Shown here: in pieces, positions 1 through 11,531 of the stretch
Position numbering within the stretch: position 1 is the first letter of the stretch
Layout: each line of letters begins with the position of its first letter
Assembly: GCA_964398955.1 (NCBI GenBank)
Contig: CAYNOZ010000001.1
Coordinates: forward strand, 1-52,890
From: an uncultured Thermococci archaeon
Lineage (GTDB): Archaea; Methanobacteriota_B; Thermococci; Thermococcales; CAYNOZ01
Direction of reading: 5' to 3'
DNA length: 52,890 bases
Notes under the pieces: generated by a model
What the model was told of the DNA's origin: nothing
The model's input: the letters and a program-made list of their open reading frames with translations, nothing else
Databases searched by the model: none
Program-made: the position numbers and the translations under genes

Positions 1-89
1 CCCTCAGAACGGAGAGGATGTCACAAGATATAAAGACTATAAAATTTCAATAATCGTAATAGATTTAAATTGAGAAACTTTTAGATTAT

Positions 90-1442
90 TTGATGACGTT
101 GGAACTTAATTTTCATAAAGGAACTATCACTATAGATGGCGATTTTAAGGTTCCTAATTCTGTGTGGGATGATAGATCAGGTCGTTATAGAAGTGAAGCT
201 CTTAATTACCGTGATATTATTGAATATTTGGAAAGATCTGGTATTGATTTTTCGGATAATGTTTTGGATTTGTTGAATGATTCTTCTTCTTTTGAGGGGA
301 TGAATTGTGTTGAGCTTAGAGATTATCAGATTAATGCTTTAAATAGTTGGAAGAATGATCGGGAGGGAGTTGTAGTGCTTCCAACTGGTTCTGGTAAGAC
401 TTATGTTGCTTTGAAGGCTATTCAAGATCTTAAGTGTTCTACTTTTGTTGCGGTTCCTACTCTTGATCTGGTTGATCAGTGGAAAGAAGAAATACTTTCC
501 AAGATACCCAATGCTGATATAGGTATTTATACGGGGAATAAAAAGGAATTAGGAACTATAACAGTTTCTACGTATGATTCTGCATATATATTTGCTGAGA
601 ATATTGGTAATAGATTCGAATTTATTATTTTTGATGAAGTTCATCATTTACCGTCTGAAGGTTATAAGCAGATAGCTGAATCTTTTGCTTCCCCATATAG
701 AATGGGTTTGACAGCTACATACGAAAGACAGGATAATTTGCATAAAAAATTGCCTCGGTTATTAGGTGGTAAGGTTTATGAGATGAGTACAGATGAGCTT
801 TCAAGTGATTATTTAGCAGAGTTTGATATAGAAAGGATTAGGGTTGATCTGACTCCTGAGGAAAAAGAGAAGTATTTGAAGTATGATGAGAAATTTAAAA
901 ATTATTTGAAGAGGTCAAGTATTTCAATGAGTGGTCCTAGTGACTATAAGAAAATTGTTATGAGATCTGGTAATGATCCTAAGGCTTGGAAGGCTATTAA
1001 ATCTAAAGAAAAAGCTAGAAAAATTGCTTATAATTCTAAAAATAAGATTAAGGAACTTAATAATATTCTTAGAAATAATAAGGATGAAAGAATAATTATT
1101 TTCACAAGATATAATGATTTAGTCTATAAAATTTCTGAAAGATTTTTTATTCCAGCTTTAACTCATAAAACAAGTAAAAATGAGCGTCAAGACATTCTAA
1201 GAAAATTTAAGAACTCCGTTTATAATACTATAGTTAGTTCAAAAGTCTTAGATGAAGGTATAAATGTTCCTGATGCAAATATAGGAATAATAATGAGCGG
1301 TACAGGAAGTTCAAGAGAATTTATACAAAGATTAGGGAGAATATTAAGGCCAAAAGATAAAAAAGCCATTCTTTACGAATTAATCACGAATGAAACTACA
1401 GAAGAAAACACCTCAAAAAGGAGGAGACAAAATTCTAACTAA
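90..1442 (+). CDS. xpb: XPB/Rad25-type superfamily-2 DNA helicase
   Basis: 450-aa ORF with SF2 helicase motifs: Walker A 'LPTGSGKT', motif II 'FDEVHH', motif III 'GLTATY', motif VI 'QRLGRILR'. It is followed by a Bax1-type gene, the usual archaeal XPB partner. The track start at 90 is TTG; the in-frame ATG at 93 is the likelier start. Confidence 0.8.
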   Translation: MMTLELNFHKGTITIDGDFKVPNSVWDDRSGRYRSEALNYRDIIEYLERSGIDFSDNVLDLLNDSSSFEGMNCVELRDYQINALNSWKNDREGVVVLPTGSGKTYVALKAIQDLKCSTFVAVPTLDLVDQWKEEILSKIPNADIGIYTGNKKELGTITVSTYDSAYIFAENIGNRFEFIIFDEVHHLPSEGYKQIAESFASPYRMGLTATYERQDNLHKKLPRLLGGKVYEMSTDELSSDYLAEFDIERIRVDLTPEEKEKYLKYDEKFKNYLKRSSISMSGPSDYKKIVMRSGNDPKAWKAIKSKEKARKIAYNSKNKIKELNNILRNNKDERIIIFTRYNDLVYKISERFFIPALTHKTSKNERQDILRKFKNSVYNTIVSSKVLDEGINVPDANIGIIMSGTGSSREFIQRLGRILRPKDKKAILYELITNETTEENTSKRRRQNSN

Positions 1443-3018
1443 AGACCTGCTAATAACAAAAAAGAACCACCCTGAAATAGAACCTGAATTCGCTGACCTA
1501 AAAGAAGATATCAAAATAGCAAGAAAGATTCTAAGAATATACAAAAATAACAATGAAGAACCTTATCACAAAATTGAAAATTCAATTAAAAAACTAGAAA
1601 AACATTCAAACTTCAAAATGATAAGAGGATTAAATAAAATACTAAAAAGAAGAACAAATCTCCAACAAAAATTTAAAAATCCTAAAAAGCTTAGATCCTA
1701 TCTATATAAATCTGGACCAGTTTTAAACTCGAAAAAAAGGGACAAAATTCTAAAAACTGCTTTAAAAAAATTTGACATTAATTGTGAAGAGAATATATCA
1801 GAGATTATCTGGTCAGACAGAGAGAAAAACCAAATATTAAAGGAATTCGATTGGATCTCTCCTGTCGAATTACTTAAAGAATATAACCTCTCCCTACTAC
1901 AAACTCTAATTTTCCAGTCAATAGGACTAGAGTTCACAATAGAGGATAATCTTCAACAAGTGTTCAGAAAAATCAAATATTTAGGTTTAATGTATGAAAT
2001 AGAGTCAGAAAAACCTAAAATCTACGTAAATGGACCTACTTCTCTCTTTAAAAAAACCAGAAAATATGGAACATCATTAGCCAAACTAATTCCTACAATA
2101 ATGAAATCCTCCTCTTGGAAAATAAACGCAGATATCGATATAAACAGAAATAACTCTAATAAAACTTACAAATTTTCAATAGATTCTACAAAACAAAATT
2201 TATTTCCAGAGAAAAAATTAGAGATAGATAAAGAAACAAAATTTGACTCAAAGACTGAAAGAAAATTCTATAAAGAGTTTAAATTCCTTAAAAAAGATTG
2301 GAAAATCTCAAGAGAACCAAAAGTAGTTAAAAGTAACTCATACGCTTTCATACCGGATTTCGGATTCTCAAAATCTAACTTAAAATACTATTTGGAAATA
2401 GTTGGTTTCTGGACAGATGAATACCTAAAAAACAAAATCAATAAAATCAAAAACTCCGAAATTAATATGGCTATAGCCGTTAATCAAAATTTAAAATGTA
2501 CTAAAGAAGACTTTGGAGACAATAAAAAAGTATTTTTCTACAAAAAGAAAGTTCCAGTTAAACCCATCATTAAAAAATTGAATGAATTAGAGAAAAAATC
2601 TCAAAACAAAATAAAGAAATCCAAAAAAGATGAAATAAAAACAACTATCCAAAAACTGGAAAAAGAAGGTAAATCTAAAATAAATCTCAAAGAACTATCA
2701 AAGAAACTTGCCATTAAAGAATTCAAACTGGAAAAAATTAATTACAACAAATACAAATACCAAAAAATCGGTAATTACTTAATAAAGCAAAAAATATTAG
2801 ATGAAATAAAAGAGGAAATATTAAAATTAAATGGAATCAAAAATGAAGGGATTGAATATACCAAAGTAGAAAAAATTCTAAAAGAAAACGATCTGTATAG
2901 CATAGATGTAAAAATCCTCAACCAGATCGGATTTAAAATCAATTGGAAATCATTAGACAAAAAAGACTCTAAAGTCTACTACAACAAAAAAAGAAAAAAC
3001 AATAACAATTTAACTTAA
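1390..3018 (+). CDS. bax1: Bax1 (DUF790) XPB-associated nuclease, with Lys-rich C-terminal extension
   Basis: 542-aa ORF with the nuclease-core signature 'FIPDFGF...YLEIVGFWTDEYL' that I associate with DUF790/Bax1. It sits directly after xpb, and its first in-frame ATG overlaps the xpb 3' end by 53 nt. The last ~150 aa are a Lys/Glu-rich extension. Confidence 0.7.
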   Translation: MKLQKKTPQKGGDKILTKDLLITKKNHPEIEPEFADLKEDIKIARKILRIYKNNNEEPYHKIENSIKKLEKHSNFKMIRGLNKILKRRTNLQQKFKNPKKLRSYLYKSGPVLNSKKRDKILKTALKKFDINCEENISEIIWSDREKNQILKEFDWISPVELLKEYNLSLLQTLIFQSIGLEFTIEDNLQQVFRKIKYLGLMYEIESEKPKIYVNGPTSLFKKTRKYGTSLAKLIPTIMKSSSWKINADIDINRNNSNKTYKFSIDSTKQNLFPEKKLEIDKETKFDSKTERKFYKEFKFLKKDWKISREPKVVKSNSYAFIPDFGFSKSNLKYYLEIVGFWTDEYLKNKINKIKNSEINMAIAVNQNLKCTKEDFGDNKKVFFYKKKVPVKPIIKKLNELEKKSQNKIKKSKKDEIKTTIQKLEKEGKSKINLKELSKKLAIKEFKLEKINYNKYKYQKIGNYLIKQKILDEIKEEILKLNGIKNEGIEYTKVEKILKENDLYSIDVKILNQIGFKINWKSLDKKDSKVYYNKKRKNNNNLT

Positions 3019-3100
3019 AAAAAGTAAAAAGCAAACCAAATAACAAATAAACTTCAAATAAATAAAAACGGGATAAAAGATTTATTAAAAAGGTGTAAGA

Positions 3101-3517
3101 ATGAAAATTTACTTCAGCCATCCTACCTTTACTTACCATACAAAAACTGAAAAAAGATGTATTAGATTAATTCAAACAAAATTTGAAAATTTAACAAAAA
3201 TTATTAATCCAGCAAGCTTTGGTGCACTAAAAGACTCCAAATCACAAATAAAAGAATCAGACATAATAATTGGATTAGCAATAAACAACAAATATACATT
3301 CTTAGTTTGGAAAGAAATAGAATACAGTCAAAAAAACAATTCTAAAATATACTCTATAAACGCAGCAAATAAGAACCAAATAGGCGACATCAAAAAAGGC
3401 CTATTAGACGAACATGAGAAACTAGATAGAGATAAATCTGAAAAATTTAAGAAAAACATTCAGGCCAACGATAATACCATTAAATCCATACTATTAGGAA
3501 CAAAAAATAAATTCTGA
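3101..3517 (+). CDS. hypothetical protein (possibly nucleoside 2-deoxyribosyltransferase-like fold)
   Basis: 138-aa ORF with SD-like AGGTG about 5 nt upstream of the ATG and K/E-rich composition like genuine genes here. 'MKIYFSHPTF' and 'ESDIIIGL...WKEIEYS' loosely recall NDT-like Rossmann proteins. Function is not assignable by eye. Confidence 0.45.
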   Translation: MKIYFSHPTFTYHTKTEKRCIRLIQTKFENLTKIINPASFGALKDSKSQIKESDIIIGLAINNKYTFLVWKEIEYSQKNNSKIYSINAANKNQIGDIKKGLLDEHEKLDRDKSEKFKKNIQANDNTIKSILLGTKNKF

Positions 3518-3526
3518 ACAAAGCAT

Positions 3527-3925
3527 TCAATCCTTTTTAACCCACTTATTTTTTCCTTCCCACAATTTTACACTGGAAATATTTACATCCCTATCCTCAA
3601 ATGATTTCTTTAATCTATTATAAATCCAATTTGAGATACTTTCTGCCGTAGGATTATCCACTATATCATCTAATATCTGGTGATCTAACTTATTTATAAT
3701 ATTTTCATTTACAATTTCTTTTAATTCCCCAAAATCAATAACCATATCATTCTCAGCAAGATCTCCCTCAACAACGACCTCTAATCTGTAAGTGTGTCCA
3801 TGTATACGACCACATTTCTTCCTACCTTCTATTGAATGAGCTGAATCAAAATGAAATTCCCTACCAACCTTCATATTATCAATGTTATTAAAATAGCTCT
3901 TCTTAAGTAATTGTTCAAAACCCAC
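3527..3925 (-). CDS. queD: 6-carboxy-5,6,7,8-tetrahydropterin synthase / PTPS family
   Basis: 132 aa with 'FHFDSAHS' and 'CGRIHGHTYRLEVVVEG', the PTPS/QueD zinc-His and catalytic Cys signatures. Confidence 0.8.
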   Translation of the reverse strand: MGFEQLLKKSYFNNIDNMKVGREFHFDSAHSIEGRKKCGRIHGHTYRLEVVVEGDLAENDMVIDFGELKEIVNENIINKLDHQILDDIVDNPTAESISNWIYNRLKKSFEDRDVNISSVKLWEGKNKWVKKD

Positions 3926-3944
3926 ATTTTATAAATCAACAAAT

Positions 3945-4463
3945 ATGATTAATACATGTGATAAAATGGATGCCATAAAATGCTTGAAATCACGAAGAAC
4001 AATAAGAAAATTTAAAGATGAAGAAATTCCTGAAGAAGACCTTCTTGAAATGGTGGATTGCGGTAGATTAGCACCAACTGCTAACAATACTCAACCATGG
4101 GAGTTCATACTTGTTCAAGATGACGATACTTTAAATGAAATAGGAGAAATTTGTACTTACGGCGATTTTGTTAAGGAAGCAAGTGCTTGTATAATAGTTG
4201 CAGGAGATAATGAAAGAGGACATCTTATCGAAGATGGATCTGCTGCTACAGAAAACATTTTACTTGCTGCTAATGCCTTAGGATATGGTGGAGGATGGAT
4301 TGCTGGTTGGCAGAAATCCTATGCTAATGAACTTCTTGATCTAATTAGCGCTAATGAACTTGAATTAGTATCAGTTTTAGCCATTGGAATCCCTAAAGAA
4401 ACCCCTTCGCCTGAGAAAAGAGATCTTGATGACGTCTTACATAAAGAAGAATATAAAAAATAA
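3945..4463 (+). CDS. nitroreductase-family flavoprotein
   Basis: 172 aa with 'SRRTIRKF' and 'RLAPTANNTQPWEFILV', typical nitroreductase-fold signatures. The start could be the internal Met at codon 8. Confidence 0.8.
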   Translation: MINTCDKMDAIKCLKSRRTIRKFKDEEIPEEDLLEMVDCGRLAPTANNTQPWEFILVQDDDTLNEIGEICTYGDFVKEASACIIVAGDNERGHLIEDGSAATENILLAANALGYGGGWIAGWQKSYANELLDLISANELELVSVLAIGIPKETPSPEKRDLDDVLHKEEYKK

Positions 4464-4466
4464 ATC

Positions 4467-4482
4467 TTTATTTTATTTTTTT
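4467..4482 (+). terminator. oligo-T tract after the nitroreductase gene
   Basis: 'TTTATTTTATTTTTTT' begins 4 nt after the stop codon. Archaeal intrinsic termination typically uses oligo-T runs. It lies in a 20-nt convergent gap. Confidence 0.4.
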
Positions 4483-4483
4483 A

Positions 4484-4777
4484 TCAGAATTTCCTAAAAC
4501 CTATGTAGAAACCTGCTGCAAAGCCCCCTCCGAATGGTGCTAAAGATATAATTGTTTGGGCAGAACCAGATAAAGTTGACATCCAAGACCCCGCTGTACC
4601 CTTGAGGGCCTCTTCGTGGATCGTAATTATTCCCCTATGATGTAAGTAAACTAAGCTTGCAAAATAAACTCCTAAGAATGCTATAGCTATCTTAATAATA
4701 ATTTTAGCGGCAAATCCAATTACAAAACCGATTATCCCTCCCGCACCTAAGTCAGGTATTATATTACTTAACTCCAT
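4484..4777 (-). CDS. small membrane protein, FUN14-like
   Basis: 97 aa with Gly-rich hydrophobic segments ('GAGGIIGFVIGFAAKIII', 'APFGGGFAAGFYIGF'). The size and pattern resemble the FUN14 family. Confidence 0.5.
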   Translation of the reverse strand: MELSNIIPDLGAGGIIGFVIGFAAKIIIKIAIAFLGVYFASLVYLHHRGIITIHEEALKGTAGSWMSTLSGSAQTIISLAPFGGGFAAGFYIGFRKF

Positions 4778-4843
4778 TTTCTCACCAATTAAAATAACAC
4801 CTTAGTCTATTTGACTTTTATTGTTGTCAAAATATTTATTTGA

Positions 4844-5374
4844 TCATCGATAATCTTCCTTTAGTATAACTTCTTCCGTATCTAAATCAAAAATTGATAT
4901 AGTTTTATTTTCTGTGTCCAAAATACCAACAGATTTAGTATAATTAAGATAACCAGAGGTTTCTCCAGGATTTATTATAAACGAACCATTTTTCTTCTTA
5001 TCTATGGAAGGTTGATGAGTATGTCCTCTTACTACAAAATCATATTCTCCGGATAAAGCTAATGACTGGACTATAGAATTGGTTACTCCATGAAGAACAA
5101 ACATCTTCAACTTTCCATCAGATTCCTTAAATTCAAGATCTAAATAATTATCATTTATTCCAATTGATTCAGATAAACCATCTTTCTCACCATCATTGTT
5201 CCCTAGAACTCCTTTTAATTCACAATCCAATCTAGAAAACTTTCTTTCAACGAAAGGAGAAATGTAATCCCCTGTATGAATAACTAGATCGGTTCCCTTT
5301 CCATTAAAAAAATCTACTGCTTTACTAATGGCTGATAATTTGTCGTGTGAATCCCCCATTATACCAATCAACAT
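4844..5374 (-). CDS. metallophosphoesterase (YfcE/MJ0936 type)
   Basis: 176 aa with the ordered motifs 'GDSHD', 'HTGD', 'GNNDG', 'LHG', 'GHTH'. Confidence 0.8.
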   Translation of the reverse strand: MLIGIMGDSHDKLSAISKAVDFFNGKGTDLVIHTGDYISPFVERKFSRLDCELKGVLGNNDGEKDGLSESIGINDNYLDLEFKESDGKLKMFVLHGVTNSIVQSLALSGEYDFVVRGHTHQPSIDKKKNGSFIINPGETSGYLNYTKSVGILDTENKTISIFDLDTEEVILKEDYR

Positions 5375-5583
5375 ATTATCACTTTAATTAATCTTAATTT
5401 ACAAAATTATTAAATTTTATGACTAAAGTAATTTCTAATTAAATTATCTATACATTAAAAATATTATAGTCAAAAATAAGAATTTTAATTAATTTTTATC
5501 TTATTAATCCTAATTTTGATAACTAATCATTACGAGAGTATTTAGATCGGGTTAGTTGAGTTATTTGAAAAAATGTATTTTGA

Positions 5584-5672
5584 TGGCGCCAGGGCTGGGA
5601 TTTGAACCCAGGCGGGGCGGAAGCCCCACGGGCTCTCCAGGCCCGCGCCGTTCCGAGCTAGACTACCCTGGC
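5584..5672 (-). tRNA. tRNA-Ser (anticodon GGA)
   Basis: The reverse complement folds as a class II tRNA. Acceptor GCCAGGG/CCCTGGC; anticodon stem CGGGC/GCCCG with loop CTGGAGA; long variable arm GGGGC-TTCC-GCCCC; T-arm CTGGG-TTCAAAT-CCCAG. The 3' G-CCA is encoded. Confidence 0.9.
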
Positions 5673-5700
5673 TTTTGTATAAATTGATATTAAGAATAGA

Positions 5701-6009
5701 TTAAGAAAGTAATTCTATTTCTATGTTTACATCTTCCGGCATACTGATTCTCATTACTTGTCTCATGGTTCTTTCATCGGCTTCTAGTTCTATGAGCCTT
5801 TTGTGAACCCTTAGCTCCCAGTTGTCGAAGGTTGCTGTGCCTTCTCCGTCGGGAGATTTGCGAGTTGTTACCTCCAGTGTGTTGGTTGGTAGAGGTATTG
5901 GTCCTGAAAAGTTTACTCCAGTTCTTAGAGCAATTTTTTTAATCTCTCCTGCTACGTCATCGAGATCGTGTGGATCAGTTCCGGTTAATCTTATCTTCGC
6001 TTTCTGCAT
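5701..6009 (-). CDS. rps10: 30S ribosomal protein S10 (uS10)
   Basis: 102 aa starting '[17 protein letters not shown]', in the canonical position after EF-1alpha. Confidence 0.9.
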   Translation of the reverse strand: MQKAKIRLTGTDPHDLDDVAGEIKKIALRTGVNFSGPIPLPTNTLEVTTRKSPDGEGTATFDNWELRVHKRLIELEADERTMRQVMRISMPEDVNIEIELLS

Positions 6010-6051
6010 TTCTGAAACCCCTGATTATAAAATTAAAACAGAGAGAATTTA

Positions 6052-7353
<1,302 letters not shown>

Positions 7354-7445
7354 ATGAAATCCTCCTCTATTTTTTTACCTAATAAAGTTTTTTAAGCTTT
7401 TCTAATCTTTAGATCATATTTTTTCTAATTTTGGTTTGAAACTTC

Positions 7446-9644
7446 TTAGTCCATGAAATCTTCCATGGATGGTCTCTCTGGTTTCATACCTTTTCTCTCT
7501 CTTATTTCGATTATGATCTCATCTTCTAAATTGTTTGGTAGTTCTTCAAATCCGGCTTGTTCTGTACTCCATAATGCTTTACCTTCTGTTGCTGATCTTA
7601 TGTCTCCTGCGAATCCAAATGTTTCTGCAACGGGTGCTTTCCCTCTTACAGTCACCATTTCGTCTTCTTGTTCCATGCTTTCTATTTCTCCTCTCCTGGA
7701 CTGAATGTCTCTAGTTACAGATCCCATGTAACTGTTAGGTACTTCTATGTAGACGCTTTGCATTGGTTCATAGATGGATACGTCTCCATCAAGCATTGCT
7801 GAGTAAATTGCGTTTCTAGAAGCGGGTATTATTTGTGCCGGTCCTCTGTGTATTGCGTCTTCATGCAATTTTGCGTCGAGTATTTTTATTTTTGATTTTA
7901 TTAATGGTTCGTTGGCTAGTGGTCCTTCATCGGTTACTTCTTCAAAGGCTTGGTATAGAAGATCTTTTATTTCGTCTAAGTATTGTACTCCTCTTGATGA
8001 GTCTATAAATAGGTTGTTACCGTTTACGTATTCAACATTTTTGGCTTCGTCTTTATCCATTCCTAGTTCTCTCAGTTTTTGTGCTACTTCGTTTCCTTTG
8101 ATTTTGCCTTCATCTATTTCTCCTGTCTTTAATGCTTGATATACTTCTTCTTCATGTAGAGGTTCGACTTTGAAGTAAAGTTTATTGTGTTTATTAGGGG
8201 AGCGTCCTTCAAATTCTCCTGATTCTCTGTTTATTGCTTCTCTGTAAACAACTATTGGTTCAGATGTTTCGATGTCTACTCCTTTGTCTTCTCTAATTCT
8301 TCTGGCTACAACCTGTAAATGTAGTTCTCCCATACCTGAAAGTAGATGTTCTCCTGTTTCTTCGTTAATTTCCACATTTAATGTTGGATCTTCTTTTGCC
8401 ATCTCTCTTAAGACCTTAATTAGTTTCGGTAAATCATCAACGTCTCTAGCTTCTACTGCAACAGTCACAACTGGTTCTGAAGTGTACTTTATGCTTTCAA
8501 ATGGTTTAATAGCATCTCCTTTAACATCACATATAGTTTCTCCAGAAATAGCTTCAGATAAACCGGTGACAGCTACAATATTACCTGCAGGTACCTCCTC
8601 GACATTCACTCTTTGAGGTCCCATGTAAATGCTAACTTGCTGAGTTCTTCTTTCTACTTTCGCTCCAACAATATTCACATCCTGACCTGGTTTCAAACTT
8701 CCTGAAAAGACTCTTCCCGTAGCAACTTCTCCTGCATGTTCGTCCATTATTATTTTAGTAACAATCATCCCTAATCTACCGCCTTCATCAGTTTCAATCA
8801 TTGCAGTACCTATATCACTATTCACATCGCCTTTCCAAATCTTAGGTATTCTGTATTGTTGAGCTACTATAGGATCTGGTAAGTGTTTAATCACCATATT
8901 CAAAGTTACTTTATGAAGTGGTGATTCTTGGGCTAATTCATCTTGTTTATCCTCATTAACCATGTCTATTATATCAGCAAAGCTAATTCCTGTCTTTTCC
9001 ATAAATGGTAAACTAATAGCCCAATTGTAAAGAGCTGAACCAAAAGCCACGGATCCATCTTTTATTCCGACTTTCCAGTCATCTTTAAATTCATCTGGAG
9101 CCATTGATTCTATCATTTCATTAACTGCTCTGATGGTTTTCGCAAACCTTTGTTGCATTTCATCAGGAGTCAATTTTAGCTCTTTTATAAGTCTGTCCAC
9201 CTTATTTATGAAAAGAACAGGTTTCACATTCTCCTGAATAGCTTGACGAACAACAGTTTCTGTTTGAGGCATTACACCTTCTACCGCATCCACTACTATT
9301 ACTGCCCCGTCAATTGCTCTCATAGCTCTTGTTACATCACCACCAAAATCTACGTGGCCAGGAGTATCTATAAGATTAATTAAGTGATCTTCTCCTTCAA
9401 AATCATGAACCATAGAAACGTTAGCCGCATCAATTGTAATACCTCTTTCCTGTTCTTGCTCATCGAAATCAAGCCAAAGTTGTTCTCCGGCTAGATCTTC
9501 TGAAATTAGGCCTGCGCCTGCAAGAAGGTTATCAGAAAGAGTTGTCTTACCATGGTCAATATGAGCGGCTATTCCTATATTCCTAATATTTTCTCTAGTA
9601 TGCATTAATTCATTAATTTTATTCATTACTTTATCGCTGGGCAT
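7446..9644 (-). CDS. fusA: translation elongation factor EF-2
   Basis: 732 aa with 'AHIDHGKTT', 'DTPGHVDF', 'NKVDR' and the diphthamide-region 'HEDAIHRG'. The length is normal, so no intein. Confidence 0.95.
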   Translation of the reverse strand: MPSDKVMNKINELMHTRENIRNIGIAAHIDHGKTTLSDNLLAGAGLISEDLAGEQLWLDFDEQEQERGITIDAANVSMVHDFEGEDHLINLIDTPGHVDFGGDVTRAMRAIDGAVIVVDAVEGVMPQTETVVRQAIQENVKPVLFINKVDRLIKELKLTPDEMQQRFAKTIRAVNEMIESMAPDEFKDDWKVGIKDGSVAFGSALYNWAISLPFMEKTGISFADIIDMVNEDKQDELAQESPLHKVTLNMVIKHLPDPIVAQQYRIPKIWKGDVNSDIGTAMIETDEGGRLGMIVTKIIMDEHAGEVATGRVFSGSLKPGQDVNIVGAKVERRTQQVSIYMGPQRVNVEEVPAGNIVAVTGLSEAISGETICDVKGDAIKPFESIKYTSEPVVTVAVEARDVDDLPKLIKVLREMAKEDPTLNVEINEETGEHLLSGMGELHLQVVARRIREDKGVDIETSEPIVVYREAINRESGEFEGRSPNKHNKLYFKVEPLHEEEVYQALKTGEIDEGKIKGNEVAQKLRELGMDKDEAKNVEYVNGNNLFIDSSRGVQYLDEIKDLLYQAFEEVTDEGPLANEPLIKSKIKILDAKLHEDAIHRGPAQIIPASRNAIYSAMLDGDVSIYEPMQSVYIEVPNSYMGSVTRDIQSRRGEIESMEQEDEMVTVRGKAPVAETFGFAGDIRSATEGKALWSTEQAGFEELPNNLEDEIIIEIRERKGMKPERPSMEDFMD

Positions 9645-9649
9645 TTAAA

Positions 9650-10303
9650 TCACCTAGAAGACTGAGCTACTCTTTCAACATCTTCTTTTTTCCTTATTGC
9701 GTAACTATCTCTATCCCCTCTGGAAGCAGCCATTAATTCTTCAGCAAGTGCATCTGCTAAAGAGGTATCGGATTGATAAGCCTGTACGCTAGCTCCCATA
9801 ACAATATTATTAAGGGCAAAATCTAATCTTCTACTTGGAGCAGAATCGACGGCTTCATGATATCTCACTGCCCCATAAACAACTTGATTTGTTTCTTCAC
9901 GAGGACCAGAATTTTCTAAAGCTCTCACTAATATTTCAACAGGATTCTCGCCAGTTTTATCATTAATTTTCTCAAAGGCTCTTTCTATTACCTTGTAAAC
10001 GCTATTCTTTTTTCCACTAAAGTTAGTCCTTCTTCTCATGAACTTTCCACCTGCTTTGGTGGAGGCAGAACCAGATCTCATCAATTTATTCATTAATCTC
10101 TCAACAATATTTACATCTGCCTTACCAAACCTCTTATTCCCATGATGGCCATGAGTATGTGGGACAACTTTTGGGGAAAGTTCTATATAGTTCTTAAGAC
10201 CGGAATCCCTAATCTCTACGTCCTCTACGGACCATTCTCCAAATATTTTAGTGTCATCTATATCTTTAAATCTGTTAAGATCTTTCTCATTTACTTCTAC
10301 CAT
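9650..10303 (-). CDS. rps7: 30S ribosomal protein S7 (uS7)
   Basis: 217 aa, positioned between S12 and EF-2, with the S7-like C-terminal 'AIRKKEDVERVA'. Confidence 0.9.
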   Translation of the reverse strand: MVEVNEKDLNRFKDIDDTKIFGEWSVEDVEIRDSGLKNYIELSPKVVPHTHGHHGNKRFGKADVNIVERLMNKLMRSGSASTKAGGKFMRRRTNFSGKKNSVYKVIERAFEKINDKTGENPVEILVRALENSGPREETNQVVYGAVRYHEAVDSAPSRRLDFALNNIVMGASVQAYQSDTSLADALAEELMAASRGDRDSYAIRKKEDVERVAQSSR

Positions 10304-10327
10304 CTAATCACAACTCTTGTTAATTTA

Positions 10328-10756
10328 TTATCTTCTTGGTTTTTCTTTATTACCAGCTATAATCTCTTCAAGAGAAACCTTATTTACCTTGATTACTTTA
10401 TATCGTACTCCAGGAATATCTCCTTTTGCTTTTCCTTTTGCTCCACCGATTCCTTCAATTAATACTTCATCGTGCTCATCAATATAGTCTATAGCTCCTT
10501 CTCCTGGTGTGAAAGCTGATACTACTTTACCATTCTTGATCAACTGAACTCTGACACATTTTCTTAGTGCAGAATTTGGCTGTTTTGCTTCTATTGCAAT
10601 TTTTTCAAGAACAATTCCTCTTCCTTGTGGTGCTCCCCCAAGGGGATCTGATTTAACATCAAGATTAAGTTCTCTCCTTTTATAACTAGGGTCACTCCAT
10701 CTATACTTTTTACGTTCTTTCTTAAGCTTTCTAGCTGCAAATTCTCCATTAGCCAT
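10328..10756 (-). CDS. rps12: 30S ribosomal protein S12 (uS12)
   Basis: 142 aa with the '[15 protein letters not shown]' signature. Confidence 0.95.
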   Translation of the reverse strand: MANGEFAARKLKKERKKYRWSDPSYKRRELNLDVKSDPLGGAPQGRGIVLEKIAIEAKQPNSALRKCVRVQLIKNGKVVSAFTPGEGAIDYIDEHDEVLIEGIGGAKGKAKGDIPGVRYKVIKVNKVSLEEIIAGNKEKPRR

Positions 10757-10791
10757 AATTTCACCTCATGATAATTTTTTTCCTTGTAACT

Positions 10792-11226
10792 CTATATAAT
10801 ATTTACATCATCTATGTCATGGTGACGCTTTAATAGTCTTTTGACCATCCGAACATTTCTTCCTCCCCTTCCAATAGCACGGGGTCTTTGCTTTGATGGG
10901 ATTTTAATCATTGCAACATTCTCTTCCTCTTCTTCTTTAGTATAAACATCTTCTATTTTAACGTCAACTCCTTCATAAATGTTCTTTACGAATTCTTCTA
11001 TATCTTCTGAGTATTCAATTATATCAACGGATTTACCGGTAGAATTCATAAATTTCTTAACATTAGCTCCTCCTTTACCAATAGCTTTACCCATATCATC
11101 ACTCTTTACAACGAAAACTAACTCACCATCACCATCGGGTATCAAACAATCCAAGGGCATTGCTCCAGTTATGTTTTCAAAAAGTCCAACATATCTAATC
11201 TGTTCAGTGTCCAATTTCAAATTCAT
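10792..11226 (-). CDS. nusA: archaeal NusA-like transcription termination factor (two KH domains)
   Basis: 144 aa with two KH GXXG loops, 'GKGGANVKK' and 'GRGGRNVRM', in the canonical position between L30e and S12. Confidence 0.85.
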   Translation of the reverse strand: MNLKLDTEQIRYVGLFENITGAMPLDCLIPDGDGELVFVVKSDDMGKAIGKGGANVKKFMNSTGKSVDIIEYSEDIEEFVKNIYEGVDVKIEDVYTKEEEEENVAMIKIPSKQRPRAIGRGGRNVRMVKRLLKRHHDIDDVNII

Positions 11227-11531
11227 TTGTTTCCACCCTCTGCAAAGTTAATGATATTTGAGTCCCCTGGATCCTTAATCATAATTGTGGCGACTGAAAA
11301 CGGTTTACCTAGATTCTCTCCAAGTTCAGAATTCGTTCCTTCGTATTCATAAATTAAAGCATCTGATGAATTAATATTTTCAACTATGTCTTCATATATA
11401 CTTTCCGGGCAATTAGACGCTAATATTATCATTTTAGCTTCGTTATCTTGTAATCCCTTCAAAGCTCTATCAGAACCAAAGACTACATTTCCAGTATCCA
11501 TGGCCCTTCTTAGTTCTCTTATGAAGTCCAT
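11223..11531 (-). CDS. rpl30e: 50S ribosomal protein L30e
   Basis: 102 aa, positioned between rpoA2 and nusA, with 4-nt overlap to nusA. Confidence 0.85.
   Translation of the reverse strand: MDFIRELRRAMDTGNVVFGSDRALKGLQDNEAKMIILASNCPESIYEDIVENINSSDALIYEYEGTNSELGENLGKPFSVATIMIKDPGDSNIINFAEGGNK

Noticed and set aside
1000-3520. A-rich compositional shift as a sign of a horizontally acquired island
   Set aside because: It is explained by Lys/Asn/Glu-rich coding (the xpb C-terminus, bax1, and the 138-aa ORF). There are no integrase, tRNA-flanked boundaries or direct repeats.
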